Source: an uncultured bacterium (GTDB taxonomy: Bacteria > JAGOEH01). From it: a DNA stretch of 64,000 nucleotides. The DNA lies in assembly GCA_964632485.1 (NCBI GenBank), contig CAZWDO010000004.1, positions 1-64,000 on the forward strand. The letters run 5' to 3'. The position numbers and the translations under genes are program-made. The notes beneath the pieces are model-generated. The model searched no databases. It had not been told where the DNA came from and saw nothing but the letters and a program-made list of their open reading frames with translations. Shown piece by piece: positions 20,546-29,789 of the stretch. Position 1 is the first letter of the stretch; every line of letters starts with the position of its first letter.

Positions 20546-20574
20546 ATAATAACAATTCTTTATATAATTGTCAA
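20546..20574 (-). promoter_or_regulatory. sigma70-type promoter of gcvPA-gcvPB-lgt-tsaC-PBP1A
   Basis: TTGACA-17 bp-TATTAT on the minus strand; -10 lies about 26 nt before the gcvPA start. Confidence 0.7.
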
Positions 20575-20609
20575 TCCGTATTTGAATTTTTTTCATCCAT
20601 ATTTTTTAA

Positions 20610-22169
20610 TCACGGAATTGACCAGATAAAATCTTCTATTTCCCAATAAGGCCGCAATATCAACGTATCGGGAAAAATTTTTAACGGTTCGGCATGGATG
20701 AGGGAATCAGAGCGCAACCAACCGGGATCCCAACATTGATTGCGATGAGTATCATGCCAGGCTATCAATCGGTACCTCCCCGGGCTGATCGAGTTCCAGG
20801 CGAACGTAGAATCGACGGGCAGGGGAAAAACGGTTAAAGATTTTTCCACGATATGATACAGCATAAGCCCCTTCGGGCCCATCTTCCCATCCACACGCCC
20901 GGCCAGAGAAGCGTTGCCCGACTCTTCTTTGATATCGAAATGCAGGGTTTGATCCTGCCACAATGTGTCCAGAAAACTCCACTGAAAACTCAGTTGAAAT
21001 GATGAATCCTGTTGAGGGAAACTCAGCGCCACTCCCAATGGAAGAAGAGAATCCGCCTTCAACGCAAGTGAATCGCCTGGCTTCGTTATCAGAGACGCAA
21101 TTTTTTCCCACCATTGATACCCGACAGGCCGATTAAAAAAAATAGAAACCGACGAGTCCCGCTTTTCTAAGCTTTCAGCATCGGCGATAGCGCGCAACGG
21201 TGGCGGAACATATTCCTCCTGGCGCTCAATTTGTATCAATGTGTCAATTTCCCAGGGATACCCCTTAAATATCAGGCGCATCTTCAAGCGGATAGTGTCA
21301 GCCGACGAATCAACCACCAGATAAATGGAATGATGATCCATTTTCGCCGGAATAGATACAAAGGGGAGCGAATCCGGCATGGATTTGAACTGGCAGCGAA
21401 GCAATTGCGGAGGGTGAAACGTGAATGTGGGGTAGTCTATATGCGAGGGATGGGGAATCAGCGCCAATTCCTCAATGGGGGTTCCCGACGAAACTTTTTT
21501 TGGCGCAACCACATAGTTCTCTTCCCGGCCCGGCAGATTATCCTGATTATCATCAAAAAAAGCGATCAAAAACCAACTGCTATCTTCGGGAAGATACTCA
21601 AATTTAAAATTGCCCTCCTTATCAACCTGGGTCACACGGTATAAATGTTTTCTCAATAAATGAAGTGAGTCCCAGGGAGGGGTGATTAATGCCACCTTTG
21701 GACGAGCCGTGGTTGGATACAGCGCGCTAATTTCTCCTTGCAACGAGCCCAGAGGGATCAGAGCGGAATCGCCAAACGGTAAAACGATGGGACTGGCAAG
21801 CTGGTTTCGATGTAAATCGGCAATTTTATCGGCAAGTTCAAGGACAATAACCTTGGGCAACTCCAGAGTATCGGGCAACGTCACCATCACCCGGTTCCCT
21901 TTTACTTTTTGCCGGAAAGCAATTGGCGGGTATAGAGAAATGCTGCCGGCAACGGAAAGAGGATCAATCGGCTCGGAAAAGGCCAATACGATTTCATGCG
22001 CGTCAACCGTGGAACGGACCGCCGGAGATGCGCCAAGCAATTCGGGTGGGGTTTTATCCTCAGGTCCGCCGGGAGGCGGAGCCATCTTCGCGCAGGACAT
22101 GATAAAAAAAATGACGAAAACCCGGATGCTCCTATTGCCTGATATTCTGTAATTCTTTATAGCGCGCAT
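20610..22169 (-). CDS. Ig-like (Big_5-type) domain lipoprotein
   Basis: Lipobox IMS-C followed by CAKMAPPPGGPEDKTPP, FSEPID, and two prealbumin-like repeats (AFFDDNQD; PGRYRLIAWHD); start uncertain. Confidence 0.8.
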   Translation of the reverse strand: MRAIKNYRISGNRSIRVFVIFFIMSCAKMAPPPGGPEDKTPPELLGASPAVRSTVDAHEIVLAFSEPIDPLSVAGSISLYPPIAFRQKVKGNRVMVTLPDTLELPKVIVLELADKIADLHRNQLASPIVLPFGDSALIPLGSLQGEISALYPTTARPKVALITPPWDSLHLLRKHLYRVTQVDKEGNFKFEYLPEDSSWFLIAFFDDNQDNLPGREENYVVAPKKVSSGTPIEELALIPHPSHIDYPTFTFHPPQLLRCQFKSMPDSLPFVSIPAKMDHHSIYLVVDSSADTIRLKMRLIFKGYPWEIDTLIQIERQEEYVPPPLRAIADAESLEKRDSSVSIFFNRPVGYQWWEKIASLITKPGDSLALKADSLLPLGVALSFPQQDSSFQLSFQWSFLDTLWQDQTLHFDIKEESGNASLAGRVDGKMGPKGLMLYHIVEKSLTVFPLPVDSTFAWNSISPGRYRLIAWHDTHRNQCWDPGWLRSDSLIHAEPLKIFPDTLILRPYWEIEDFIWSIP

Positions 22170-22863
22170 AATATTCTTCCGCCTGGGGCAATTTGAGTTC
22201 CTTATATGAATTGGCCATATAATAGCAGACATCCTTGCAGAACGAGGGTTGATTTTCAATCAGTTGAAAGGTCTCAATCGCGTCTTGAAACTGATGCATT
22301 TCGAAATAAACCACACCTAACAGATAGATAATCTGATGATCCATGGCAGCGATCTTATGCGCATTGGTAAGGGCCCGGCCAGCCTCTTTCAGTAATCCGT
22401 TTTTACGGAGAACGACGCCATGCCAATACCAAAAACTGGCCTTAGATTGATCCAAACGAATTGCTTTACCTATATACTCAGAAGCGTCAAAATAATTGCG
22501 CTCATGATATTTAAGACGCCCCATCAAAAAATAGGCCAGCGCATACTTGGGTTTTTTCGCAAGCGCCGACTTCAATAATTGTTGAGCTTTTTCGAGATTA
22601 TTCAGATTAATCATTATTTTAGTGAATTCGATCAACCACTCATCTTCGCTCAGATGCTCATTTTTCATCTCTTCCAGCAATTGCGCCGCGACTCCCCAAT
22701 TTTCAGAGGTTAGCGCTTCCTGATAGCGGGTGAATGCGTCTTTTGGCAAATCGCGCTTAGAATCGCTTCCTGCCTGATCGGATGCTCCAAAATTGGCGGA
22801 ATCCGGTTTACTCTTAAAATTGGGACTAAAAAGATCTTTAATTTCATGGATGGGATTTTCCAT
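22132..22863 (-). CDS. Tetratricopeptide repeat protein
   Basis: Several TPR-like repeats (AYFLMGRLKY, FWYWHGVVL, IIYLLGVVYF); ATG 7 nt after the PilZ stop. Confidence 0.85.
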   Translation of the reverse strand: MENPIHEIKDLFSPNFKSKPDSANFGASDQAGSDSKRDLPKDAFTRYQEALTSENWGVAAQLLEEMKNEHLSEDEWLIEFTKIMINLNNLEKAQQLLKSALAKKPKYALAYFLMGRLKYHERNYFDASEYIGKAIRLDQSKASFWYWHGVVLRKNGLLKEAGRALTNAHKIAAMDHQIIYLLGVVYFEMHQFQDAIETFQLIENQPSFCKDVCYYMANSYKELKLPQAEEYYARYKELQNIRQ

Positions 22864-22870
22864 AATCCAA

Positions 22871-23254
22871 TTAATCTTGGCGGGGAATGACATTACGATT
22901 GATAATTTCAACAATCAAATCCTGATCGATGATCTCAATCTCCACGAATTTCACAGCCAAAATCATTCCTTCCTGGTCATCAAACGGTTGAATAGTTTGG
23001 CGGATAATATGCGCCATCACAGGGATGATGCGTGATGCCTGAGTTAAAACAATTTCACCATAAAGGCAGCTTCGCGGGTGTAATGGTTCCCCGAGCGCAG
23101 GAGTAAAACAGGCCAGCCCGCCTCCACTGATATTCAAAATACGGCTTTTGGTGAATTGTTCATCAGTTTTAATCCGATAATCACCCAATGCTAACCGTTT
23201 ATAATAAAAAAAACCCAGAAAGTCAAGTCTAAAAAAGTCTCTTTTGTTTTGCAT
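22871..23254 (-). CDS. Stand-alone PilZ domain protein (c-di-GMP receptor)
   Basis: RxxxR (RDFFR) and (D/N)xSxxG (NISGGG) motifs. Confidence 0.88.
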   Translation of the reverse strand: MQNKRDFFRLDFLGFFYYKRLALGDYRIKTDEQFTKSRILNISGGGLACFTPALGEPLHPRSCLYGEIVLTQASRIIPVMAHIIRQTIQPFDDQEGMILAVKFVEIEIIDQDLIVEIINRNVIPRQD

Positions 23255-23260
23255 AACTCT

Positions 23261-23986
23261 CTATTTATACTTTGACCTTAAAATAATTATTTCTACCCGT
23301 CGATTTTTGTTACGATTTTCCGGGGATTCATTATCCACCAGGGGATGGAACTCTCCAAATCCCATTGCTGAAAAGCGGATGGGATCCAGATTGCATTTTT
23401 CGGCGAAAAAACGTACCACATTAGTGGCCCGAATCGCCGAAAGCTCCCAATTAGAAGGAAAACGGGCCGTTCGTATCGGGATGTTATCGGTATGGCCTTC
23501 AATTTGAATATTATAATCCGTTTTGGATATTATCGGATGAATCTGATATAAAAACCGTTGTCCCGGGGGAAGGATGTCCGCTTTACCCGAGCTGAAAAAG
23601 ACCGATTCTGATGCGCGGATTACAATGCCGCGATTGTCAATATTCATCTCAATATTCTCTTCAAGATTCTGATTATGAACAATCTGGCCGATCTGATCCA
23701 AAACTTTGTTTAAATCTTCCAACTCATCCAGATCAATATCGCCCTGCAATCCCAAAGAATCCCTCATCTGAATCAATTCCTGGATTTGATCATTACTTTT
23801 TTTTTCGCCAAACGTCTTTGACATGGAATCCACAAAACCTTGAATCAGACTTTTATTCATGCTGCTGATAGCAAATAACAACACAAAAAAAATCAATAAC
23901 AGCGTCATCATATCAGCATACGTAGTCATCCAGTTATCATCATCCGGTGGAGGATGGGCGGGAAATAGTTTCTTATTTTTTACCAT
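23261..23986 (-). CDS. motB: Stator subunit MotB/PomB with OmpA-like peptidoglycan-binding domain
   Basis: WMTTYADMMTLLLIFFVLL TM with conserved Asp; IEGHTD, SNWELSAIRA, NRRVEI. Confidence 0.95.
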   Translation of the reverse strand: MVKNKKLFPAHPPPDDDNWMTTYADMMTLLLIFFVLLFAISSMNKSLIQGFVDSMSKTFGEKKSNDQIQELIQMRDSLGLQGDIDLDELEDLNKVLDQIGQIVHNQNLEENIEMNIDNRGIVIRASESVFFSSGKADILPPGQRFLYQIHPIISKTDYNIQIEGHTDNIPIRTARFPSNWELSAIRATNVVRFFAEKCNLDPIRFSAMGFGEFHPLVDNESPENRNKNRRVEIIILRSKYK

Positions 23987-23993
23987 AAAGGGA

Positions 23994-24785
23994 TCAGGTG
24001 GCGGAACGTCCGCCGCTATAATGAACGCGGCGCATTTCCGGGGGTAAAAAGGCATTAAGTTTTTTCTCTACAATACGGGGATTAACTCCCTGCTGGATTA
24101 ACAGAATTCCTTCGATGAGGATTGTGGAAAGCAATAATTCGCTATCGGTCATGGACCGAAGTTTTTCAGCAATAGGGAGGCAAAACAGATTCGACAGTAA
24201 GGCGCCATAGAACGTAGTGATAATCGCGACTCCCATTGCGGGGCCGAGCTTCTCCGGCGTAACTCCTAAATCTCCCATTTCCCTCAGCATGGAAACCAAG
24301 CCGATCAATGTTCCAATCATACCGAAAGCCGGCGCCAATTTGGCCATGGTCCGAAAAATCATCTCACCTTCTGAATGACGCATCCTCATCGATTCAATCT
24401 CTGTCTCCAAAACATCCCGAATCAAATCCGGGGGACTCCCGTCAATCACCATTTGCAATCCAGTGCGAATCATGCGATTCTTGATCCGGTTCAGATCCGG
24501 CTCCAGGCTGAGCACGGAGTTTTGACGCGCTTTTATCGATAAAGCAACCATAATTCCTATATATTTATTGTATTCACTCTTTTCACTCTGAAAAATATTC
24601 TTAATTACGCTGAATACCCGGATCACCCGCGGTAAAGGATATGAAATAAAAGTAGCCGCAAACGTGCCGCCAAAAGTAATCATCATTGAGGATAAATCAA
24701 TAAAAATTTTATACCCACCCCGATCAATGATAGCAATCATCATCAGCAATGTTCCAGAGATGATACCGATAATTGTACTTGACAT
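23994..24785 (-). CDS. motA: Stator subunit MotA/PomA
   Basis: ITFGGT, ARQNSVLSLE, GLQMVIDG, APAFGMIGTLIGLV, TTFYG. Confidence 0.95.
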   Translation of the reverse strand: MSSTIIGIISGTLLMMIAIIDRGGYKIFIDLSSMMITFGGTFAATFISYPLPRVIRVFSVIKNIFQSEKSEYNKYIGIMVALSIKARQNSVLSLEPDLNRIKNRMIRTGLQMVIDGSPPDLIRDVLETEIESMRMRHSEGEMIFRTMAKLAPAFGMIGTLIGLVSMLREMGDLGVTPEKLGPAMGVAIITTFYGALLSNLFCLPIAEKLRSMTDSELLLSTILIEGILLIQQGVNPRIVEKKLNAFLPPEMRRVHYSGGRSAT

Positions 24786-24794
24786 AATATCTCC

Positions 24795-26231
24795 CTAATT
24801 ATTTAGACGGACAACCTGGTTATCATGCAGCATAAAGACTGCATTTTGATATATTTCAGTATTGAATAATATACAATTGGCTATTTTTATGGTCAGTGAA
24901 GGATATATTTCCCGGTGAACTTTTAAATAGGGTTGGTCTTCCAATAGCCCGGAAGAGCGGACAACCTGGATTTTGTCTAAGATATTCTGTTGAACCGTGT
25001 GGAGCTGGATTAACTGAAATTCATAATATGCAAACTGTTGCAGTTGGTTATAAAACTTTTTATTCCCTTCCAACAGCATCTGATCATGAATAAAAGCGCA
25101 TCGTTCCGTATGGGTACGGCAATAGTCCGGAAAGGAAAAAGAAATTTTTTTCTGAAGATATTCAATATTCTTTTTCTGGTTTTGAATTTTAAGGGAGACG
25201 ATTTTCAGCAATTTGATCAATTCTTCTGCCTGGTCGCTGACAAAAGGGTCTGAACTAATGGAAATCGAGGTTTTAATGACATCAGGAGAACCTAAATAGG
25301 CAGTTTCAATCGAAGAAACTGAATTGGTGTTGCCGCCGGTAATCCGTCCATTCTTGCCGGTAGCAATTCGTTCTAAAGAATAAGCTTGACAATTCAGGAA
25401 ACCCAGTTCCCCGTAAAGCCTACCGGCAGCTAACAGATAAGCGTCTTTGAATTCCTTGCCACTGATATTACCCATCGCAATCAGCCGGGCCCGGTTTAAA
25501 CCCAATACTCCCTGATGCGCATAAATGGATTCATGGCTAAAAATCGTGGCGCCTTCGATAACACCTTTTACGACAATCGTTCCAGTCGCATTAATCTTAA
25601 AATTTGACATTATTTCGCCATTAATCGTCAAATGGCCATCAAAATCAATATTTCCAGTTTGCGGTCCCACATCTCCGTCAATAATCCGATGAGGTTTGAG
25701 GGTGATATGGCTATCATGACAACTTACCATGCCAACCGAACCGGCAATCGCTTGCCAACCTGCATCCCTACTCTCTACGTTGATATTCGGACCAAAAAAG
25801 AAATGGGGAGATTCTACCGCTCCGGCCAGAGGTTTACCAAAAAGATCAGTTCCATGAAAGGATGTTTCACTGGGGGTCAGCCGAAAAATAGTCTGGCCTT
25901 CCTCAACCTCAAAGGGAATCAATTCAGCAGCCTGGCGAATTTCCTTAGAAAAGGGTACTGCAGTGACCCGGAAATAATCAAACAACGACCCGCTTCCCTG
26001 GCTGATAATAGCGTTTCGAATCGTGAAATTATTCAAAAGCCACGCTAATACCGGGGGACAAATCAAGGGAGTTTTGATACCCTTAAAAATCAGATAACGG
26101 CGGAAATAATCCAGATACAGGGTCTTAAGGTAATCCTTCGGGGGAATTTCCTCCACGATCAACGAAGCTTTTACAGAGGTTTGATCGATTTCGAGTTTAA
26201 AAAAATTTTCAAATTGTGCGAACATGGACAT
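24795..26231 (-). CDS. FapA / DUF342 family protein
   Basis: GTDLFGK, IDGDVGPQTGNIDFDGHL.I.G beta-solenoid, coiled coil, C-terminal IYPSLTIKI. Confidence 0.8.
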   Translation of the reverse strand: MSMFAQFENFFKLEIDQTSVKASLIVEEIPPKDYLKTLYLDYFRRYLIFKGIKTPLICPPVLAWLLNNFTIRNAIISQGSGSLFDYFRVTAVPFSKEIRQAAELIPFEVEEGQTIFRLTPSETSFHGTDLFGKPLAGAVESPHFFFGPNINVESRDAGWQAIAGSVGMVSCHDSHITLKPHRIIDGDVGPQTGNIDFDGHLTINGEIMSNFKINATGTIVVKGVIEGATIFSHESIYAHQGVLGLNRARLIAMGNISGKEFKDAYLLAAGRLYGELGFLNCQAYSLERIATGKNGRITGGNTNSVSSIETAYLGSPDVIKTSISISSDPFVSDQAEELIKLLKIVSLKIQNQKKNIEYLQKKISFSFPDYCRTHTERCAFIHDQMLLEGNKKFYNQLQQFAYYEFQLIQLHTVQQNILDKIQVVRSSGLLEDQPYLKVHREIYPSLTIKIANCILFNTEIYQNAVFMLHDNQVVRLNN

Positions 26232-26283
26232 ACCCTTTTTTATTAATAATCGGAATAAAGGCGATCAAACCTTAAATAAAAAA

Positions 26284-26766
26284 TCATACTTTTAATTTTT
26301 CTTTCAGCAATCCGGCAACCAATGGAGGGACCAGATCCTGCAAAGGAGCATTGAAACATGCTAATTCCTTAACCAATGAAGAATTTAAATAAATATACTC
26401 CTCACGGGGCATCAGAAAAACCGTTTCGACATCAATTGCCATTTTGCGATTCATCAATGCCATTTGGAACTCATATTCAAAATCGGAAAGCGCTCTTAGG
26501 CCGCGTACGATGGCGACCGCCCCCACTTTTCTGACAAAATTGACAATCAAGCCATCATTGGTGGCGATTTTAACCCGGGAATTTTCACTCAGCACTTCTG
26601 AAATCATAGCCACTCGTTCTTCAAGGGAAAAAAGAGGTTTTTTGGCGGCATTGATCGAAATTGTGAGATAAATTTCATCAAAAATTTCAAGGGCGCGTTC
26701 CACCAAATCTATATGCCCGTTTGTAATCGGGTCAAAAGAGCCCGGGTAAACTGCAATTTTCATCAT
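26284..26766 (-). CDS. coaD: Pantetheine-phosphate adenylyltransferase
   Basis: YPGSFDPITNGH, RGLRALSDFEYE, SSLVKE. Confidence 0.98.
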   Translation of the reverse strand: MMKIAVYPGSFDPITNGHIDLVERALEIFDEIYLTISINAAKKPLFSLEERVAMISEVLSENSRVKIATNDGLIVNFVRKVGAVAIVRGLRALSDFEYEFQMALMNRKMAIDVETVFLMPREEYIYLNSSLVKELACFNAPLQDLVPPLVAGLLKEKLKV

Positions 26767-27320
26767 TCGTTCCTTGTCGATAAAATTGTTAGTTGGCTAT
26801 TGCCAATCTTTATTTGACGAATTTCGCAACCATCATCTGCAAGATTTGAAAAAAATGGTTGTCCGCAGGAATGTTCAAAAATAATTAGCCAGTCAGGCAA
26901 GGAATTAGCTATAGCCCAGTGTTTTAAATGCAGTACTACTTCCTCATTCCAGATTTGATAGGGTGGATCAAAATAAAACAAGTGGGCGCGTTCGGATAAT
27001 TGAATCGGACTCCGCAAGAGATCGACCGTGATAAGAAGATACTGATGCTCCGGAATCCGGGTTTTTAACAAATTTTCCTGTAAAACGGAGAGCGCTGTCG
27101 GAGAGTTTTCTATAAAATAGACAAACCGCGCCCCACGGCTGTAGGCTTCCAACCCCCAGGCGCCGGTTCCAGCAAAGGCATCGACCACGACGCAATCGCT
27201 TAAATCTTGTCCTAAAACATTAAAAATTGTCTCTTTAACACGATCAGCAGTAGGCCTGATTTTTTTCCCCGGCAGCGAGATTAACCGCAACCCACGCTTG
27301 AATCCACCTGTAATGCGCAT
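26763..27320 (-). CDS. rsmD: 16S rRNA (G966-N2) methyltransferase RsmD
   Basis: MRITGG, RPTADRVKE, DAFAGTG..GLEA.SRGA, DPPY; usual rsmD-coaD pairing. Confidence 0.93.
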   Translation of the reverse strand: MRITGGFKRGLRLISLPGKKIRPTADRVKETIFNVLGQDLSDCVVVDAFAGTGAWGLEAYSRGARFVYFIENSPTALSVLQENLLKTRIPEHQYLLITVDLLRSPIQLSERAHLFYFDPPYQIWNEEVVLHLKHWAIANSLPDWLIIFEHSCGQPFFSNLADDGCEIRQIKIGNSQLTILSTRNE

Positions 27321-27326
27321 TCCTTA

Positions 27327-27536
27327 CTATAGCCCAAAAAAAATAGAGATCGAATAAAACACACCCACCCAATTCGTTAAAAATGGCAGGTGAATCAAAT
27401 GGAAAAATTGCAGTATCAATAGCGCTCCTAAAATCAGAATACCCAAGTATATTATAATCGAACAGATTCTGATTACTTTATGCCAGAGACTGGCTGGCCG
27501 TTTTTCTATCCGCCAGAAATTTACCGGTTCAATCAT
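27327..27536 (-). CDS. Small membrane protein, possibly a truncated PilN-like anchor
   Basis: 69 aa, overlaps the PilM-like stop; N-terminal VNFW, basic residues, then hydrophobic helices. Confidence 0.55.
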   Translation of the reverse strand: MIEPVNFWRIEKRPASLWHKVIRICSIIIYLGILILGALLILQFFHLIHLPFLTNWVGVFYSISIFFGL

Positions 27537-28413
27537 GAAAATTCCATGCTAAAGCTAAAGGCCCAAGAAAAGCGGCTTCCTGCTGACGGTTAACTAATTG
27601 TTCATAAATTTTTTCCGAGATACTTCCAGTTGTCTCAATATTAAAGGAATAGAGATTCGAAAACCCCTCTTTTCTAAATCCCTCTTCCAACTCGGGGGAA
27701 AGCGTCTGGCCCATTAAAACAAGTCCCTCGAACAAGGAAGGACGCTGGTTCAAATGTATCACGCGTTCCTTGAGGGCATGCGCGATCTCATTTTCATTCT
27801 CTGTTTGAAAACTCTGGATTGCCTCAATCATTTGATTGTAGTATATAAAAAGAGTATGCTCACATTTAACGGAATATAGAAGAATCAGATTTCTTGAAAA
27901 AAGGTGTGGTAAAAATGTCCGAACCAAATGGAATAAATGGTCAGTGACGATAGCCAGACGATGAATTTGGAAATGTTGATCGTAGCAAATTTGCTGAAAA
28001 AGCAAGCGTATCTTCTGCCGAAGACAATAGATTCCCAGAAAATTTTTATCATGAATTGTGTATGGTTCCACATGAGAAACAAAGGCTTTGGGAGGAGAAA
28101 CCAAAAAATAGGGAACTAACCAGGTTTTAATCGCCTCCAGATCGTCAGCGTCAACGGGCTGAGGAAGGGGGATATTGCCCCAAATCAAATATTCTGCGGG
28201 GAGTCCAATTTTTACAATCGACGATTTAAAGGGAATTTTATCGATATGGTCTCTAAAAAAAATTTTCAGCGACGGCTCATCAATCTGCCAATTCTCATTG
28301 ATGAGGTTAGGTATCAATGATTGACCCAGCGCTAATACCTGATTTTTTTTGTTTACTACTACATAGCGGAGAGCATCATGCAAGATTTCTATGCCAATTG
28401 AATTTTTACTCAT
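27529..28413 (-). CDS. Divergent PilM-like (actin-fold) protein
   Basis: N-terminal SIGIEI...LRYVVV, LVLMG, C-terminal FLGPLALA; about 295 aa; near a pilin-like gene. Confidence 0.55.
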   Translation of the reverse strand: MSKNSIGIEILHDALRYVVVNKKNQVLALGQSLIPNLINENWQIDEPSLKIFFRDHIDKIPFKSSIVKIGLPAEYLIWGNIPLPQPVDADDLEAIKTWLVPYFLVSPPKAFVSHVEPYTIHDKNFLGIYCLRQKIRLLFQQICYDQHFQIHRLAIVTDHLFHLVRTFLPHLFSRNLILLYSVKCEHTLFIYYNQMIEAIQSFQTENENEIAHALKERVIHLNQRPSLFEGLVLMGQTLSPELEEGFRKEGFSNLYSFNIETTGSISEKIYEQLVNRQQEAAFLGPLALAWNFHD

Positions 28414-28608
28414 CAATAAGCCTTACTGAAAAAAAATTATCAGTCTGCTCTTCATTCCTGATATATCAAACAAATTCTCTTGTTGCCCATCACGTTTTCT
28501 ATAAATAAACAGATGGCGGAGAGTTATTCTATTCGTCTATTCGTTTGGAAATGGCAATAAAAATGTTACGCCTATTTTCAGACTTCATGAATAGTAGAGT
28601 ATATGCAG

Positions 28609-28641
28609 AAAAAAGAAGAGAGAGCAATACGCTGCTCTCTC
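28609..28641 (-). terminator. Intrinsic terminator of the pilin-like gene
   Basis: Minus strand GAGAGAGCA-gcgtat-TGCTCTCTC followed by TTCTTTTTT. Confidence 0.8.
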
Positions 28642-28664
28642 AAATTTATTGTAACGTACCGTTG

Positions 28665-29123
28665 TTATCTTTGTTCCCAATCTGGAGCGCCGCTTTTAAT
28701 CGTCCCATGTCCATACAAACACTGTAAGATATAATTCTGTTCATCGATTTGGATGTAGCGGCTCCGGGTCGTATCCGTAAAATCCAGCTCATACATCAAC
28801 GAATCCGGCATACCCGCGGGAGTTTCAATGGTATCCCGTTTAAACTTGATAACATAAGTAGCCGAATCGATAGGACAGAAATTAATCTTTTCAATACCAT
28901 CCAGATAGGTTTTCAGATCATCGTAATCGTCAGTATAGCGGTTATTATCGGCATAAAAGAGGCTTTCCGCCTTGGCAATTTCCAGCATATTCCGATGACA
29001 TTTAGTCTCCATCCGACGTTCAAAGCCTAATTTTGGGATGACCAGTGTAACAAAAATGCCGACGACTAATATGACGGCCAGGATTTCAACCAGATTAATA
29101 GGTCCTCTGACTTTTTCAGACAT
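28665..29123 (-). CDS. Type IV pilin-like protein
   Basis: Short leader MSEKVRG, then PINLVEILAVILVVGIFVTLVIP hydrophobic helix and pilin-type helix (MLEIAKAESLFYADNNRY); AGGAGG SD. Confidence 0.75.
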   Translation of the reverse strand: MSEKVRGPINLVEILAVILVVGIFVTLVIPKLGFERRMETKCHRNMLEIAKAESLFYADNNRYTDDYDDLKTYLDGIEKINFCPIDSATYVIKFKRDTIETPAGMPDSLMYELDFTDTTRSRYIQIDEQNYILQCLYGHGTIKSGAPDWEQR

Positions 29124-29155
29124 GCTATCCTCCTGTAAGGGTTGATTTGTTATAT

Positions 29156-29184
29156 ATTATATACTAATTCAACGCTTTTGTCAA
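29156..29184 (-). promoter_or_regulatory. Consensus sigma70 promoter of the pilin-like gene
   Basis: TTGACA-17 bp-TATAAT, exact consensus. Confidence 0.85.
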
Positions 29185-29306
29185 TATTTTTTTTCCCATC
29201 ACTATCAGTTAATTAAAAAAACTTGCAAAAAATAAAAAAAGATATATATTTAAGAGTAAGTTATGGGCGCGGGCATTTTATTAACCTTTTATAACTGAGT
29301 CATTCA

Positions 29307-29789
29307 ATGTCGCAACATATCGTAGGCATCAGCGATGCAAAATTTTCTCTCAGTCATGACGATACGATTATTACCTATTCGCTGGGGTCATGTATTGGCG
29401 CTTCTTTCTATGACCCTTATAAAAGAATCGGCGGAATGATCCATTTAATGCTTCCGGATTCCTCAATCGAGAGCGGCAATCCTAAACTCAATCCTTATAA
29501 GTATGCTGATACCGGCATTCCGATGATGCTCCGCCAGCTCACGCATTTCGGAGCCAATCCCAAGCATCTGATCGTTAAAGTGGCCGGCGCTTCGCAATTA
29601 CTGGATGATAAAAACATTTTTAACATTGGAAAGCGCAATTTGGAGGCTTTCACTCGAATTCTTTATGATTATTCTCTTTCAATATTTAAAATGGATGTGG
29701 GCGGGGGTATAAACCGCACCATAACGTTAAATATTGCAAATGGCATATTGTATCTCCGCAACAGCAAACAGGAATACAAAGAATTATGA
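29307..29789 (+). CDS. cheD: Chemoreceptor glutamine deamidase CheD
   Basis: TYSLGSCIG (catalytic Cys), GMIHLMLP (His), KYADTG, IGKRN, DVGG. Confidence 0.93.
   Translation: MSQHIVGISDAKFSLSHDDTIITYSLGSCIGASFYDPYKRIGGMIHLMLPDSSIESGNPKLNPYKYADTGIPMMLRQLTHFGANPKHLIVKVAGASQLLDDKNIFNIGKRNLEAFTRILYDYSLSIFKMDVGGGINRTITLNIANGILYLRNSKQEYKEL

Noticed and set aside
23261-24785. Zorya (ZorAB) anti-phage system
   Set aside because: MotA has no long ZorA tail, keeps flagellar-type motifs, and no zorC/D/E is adjacent.
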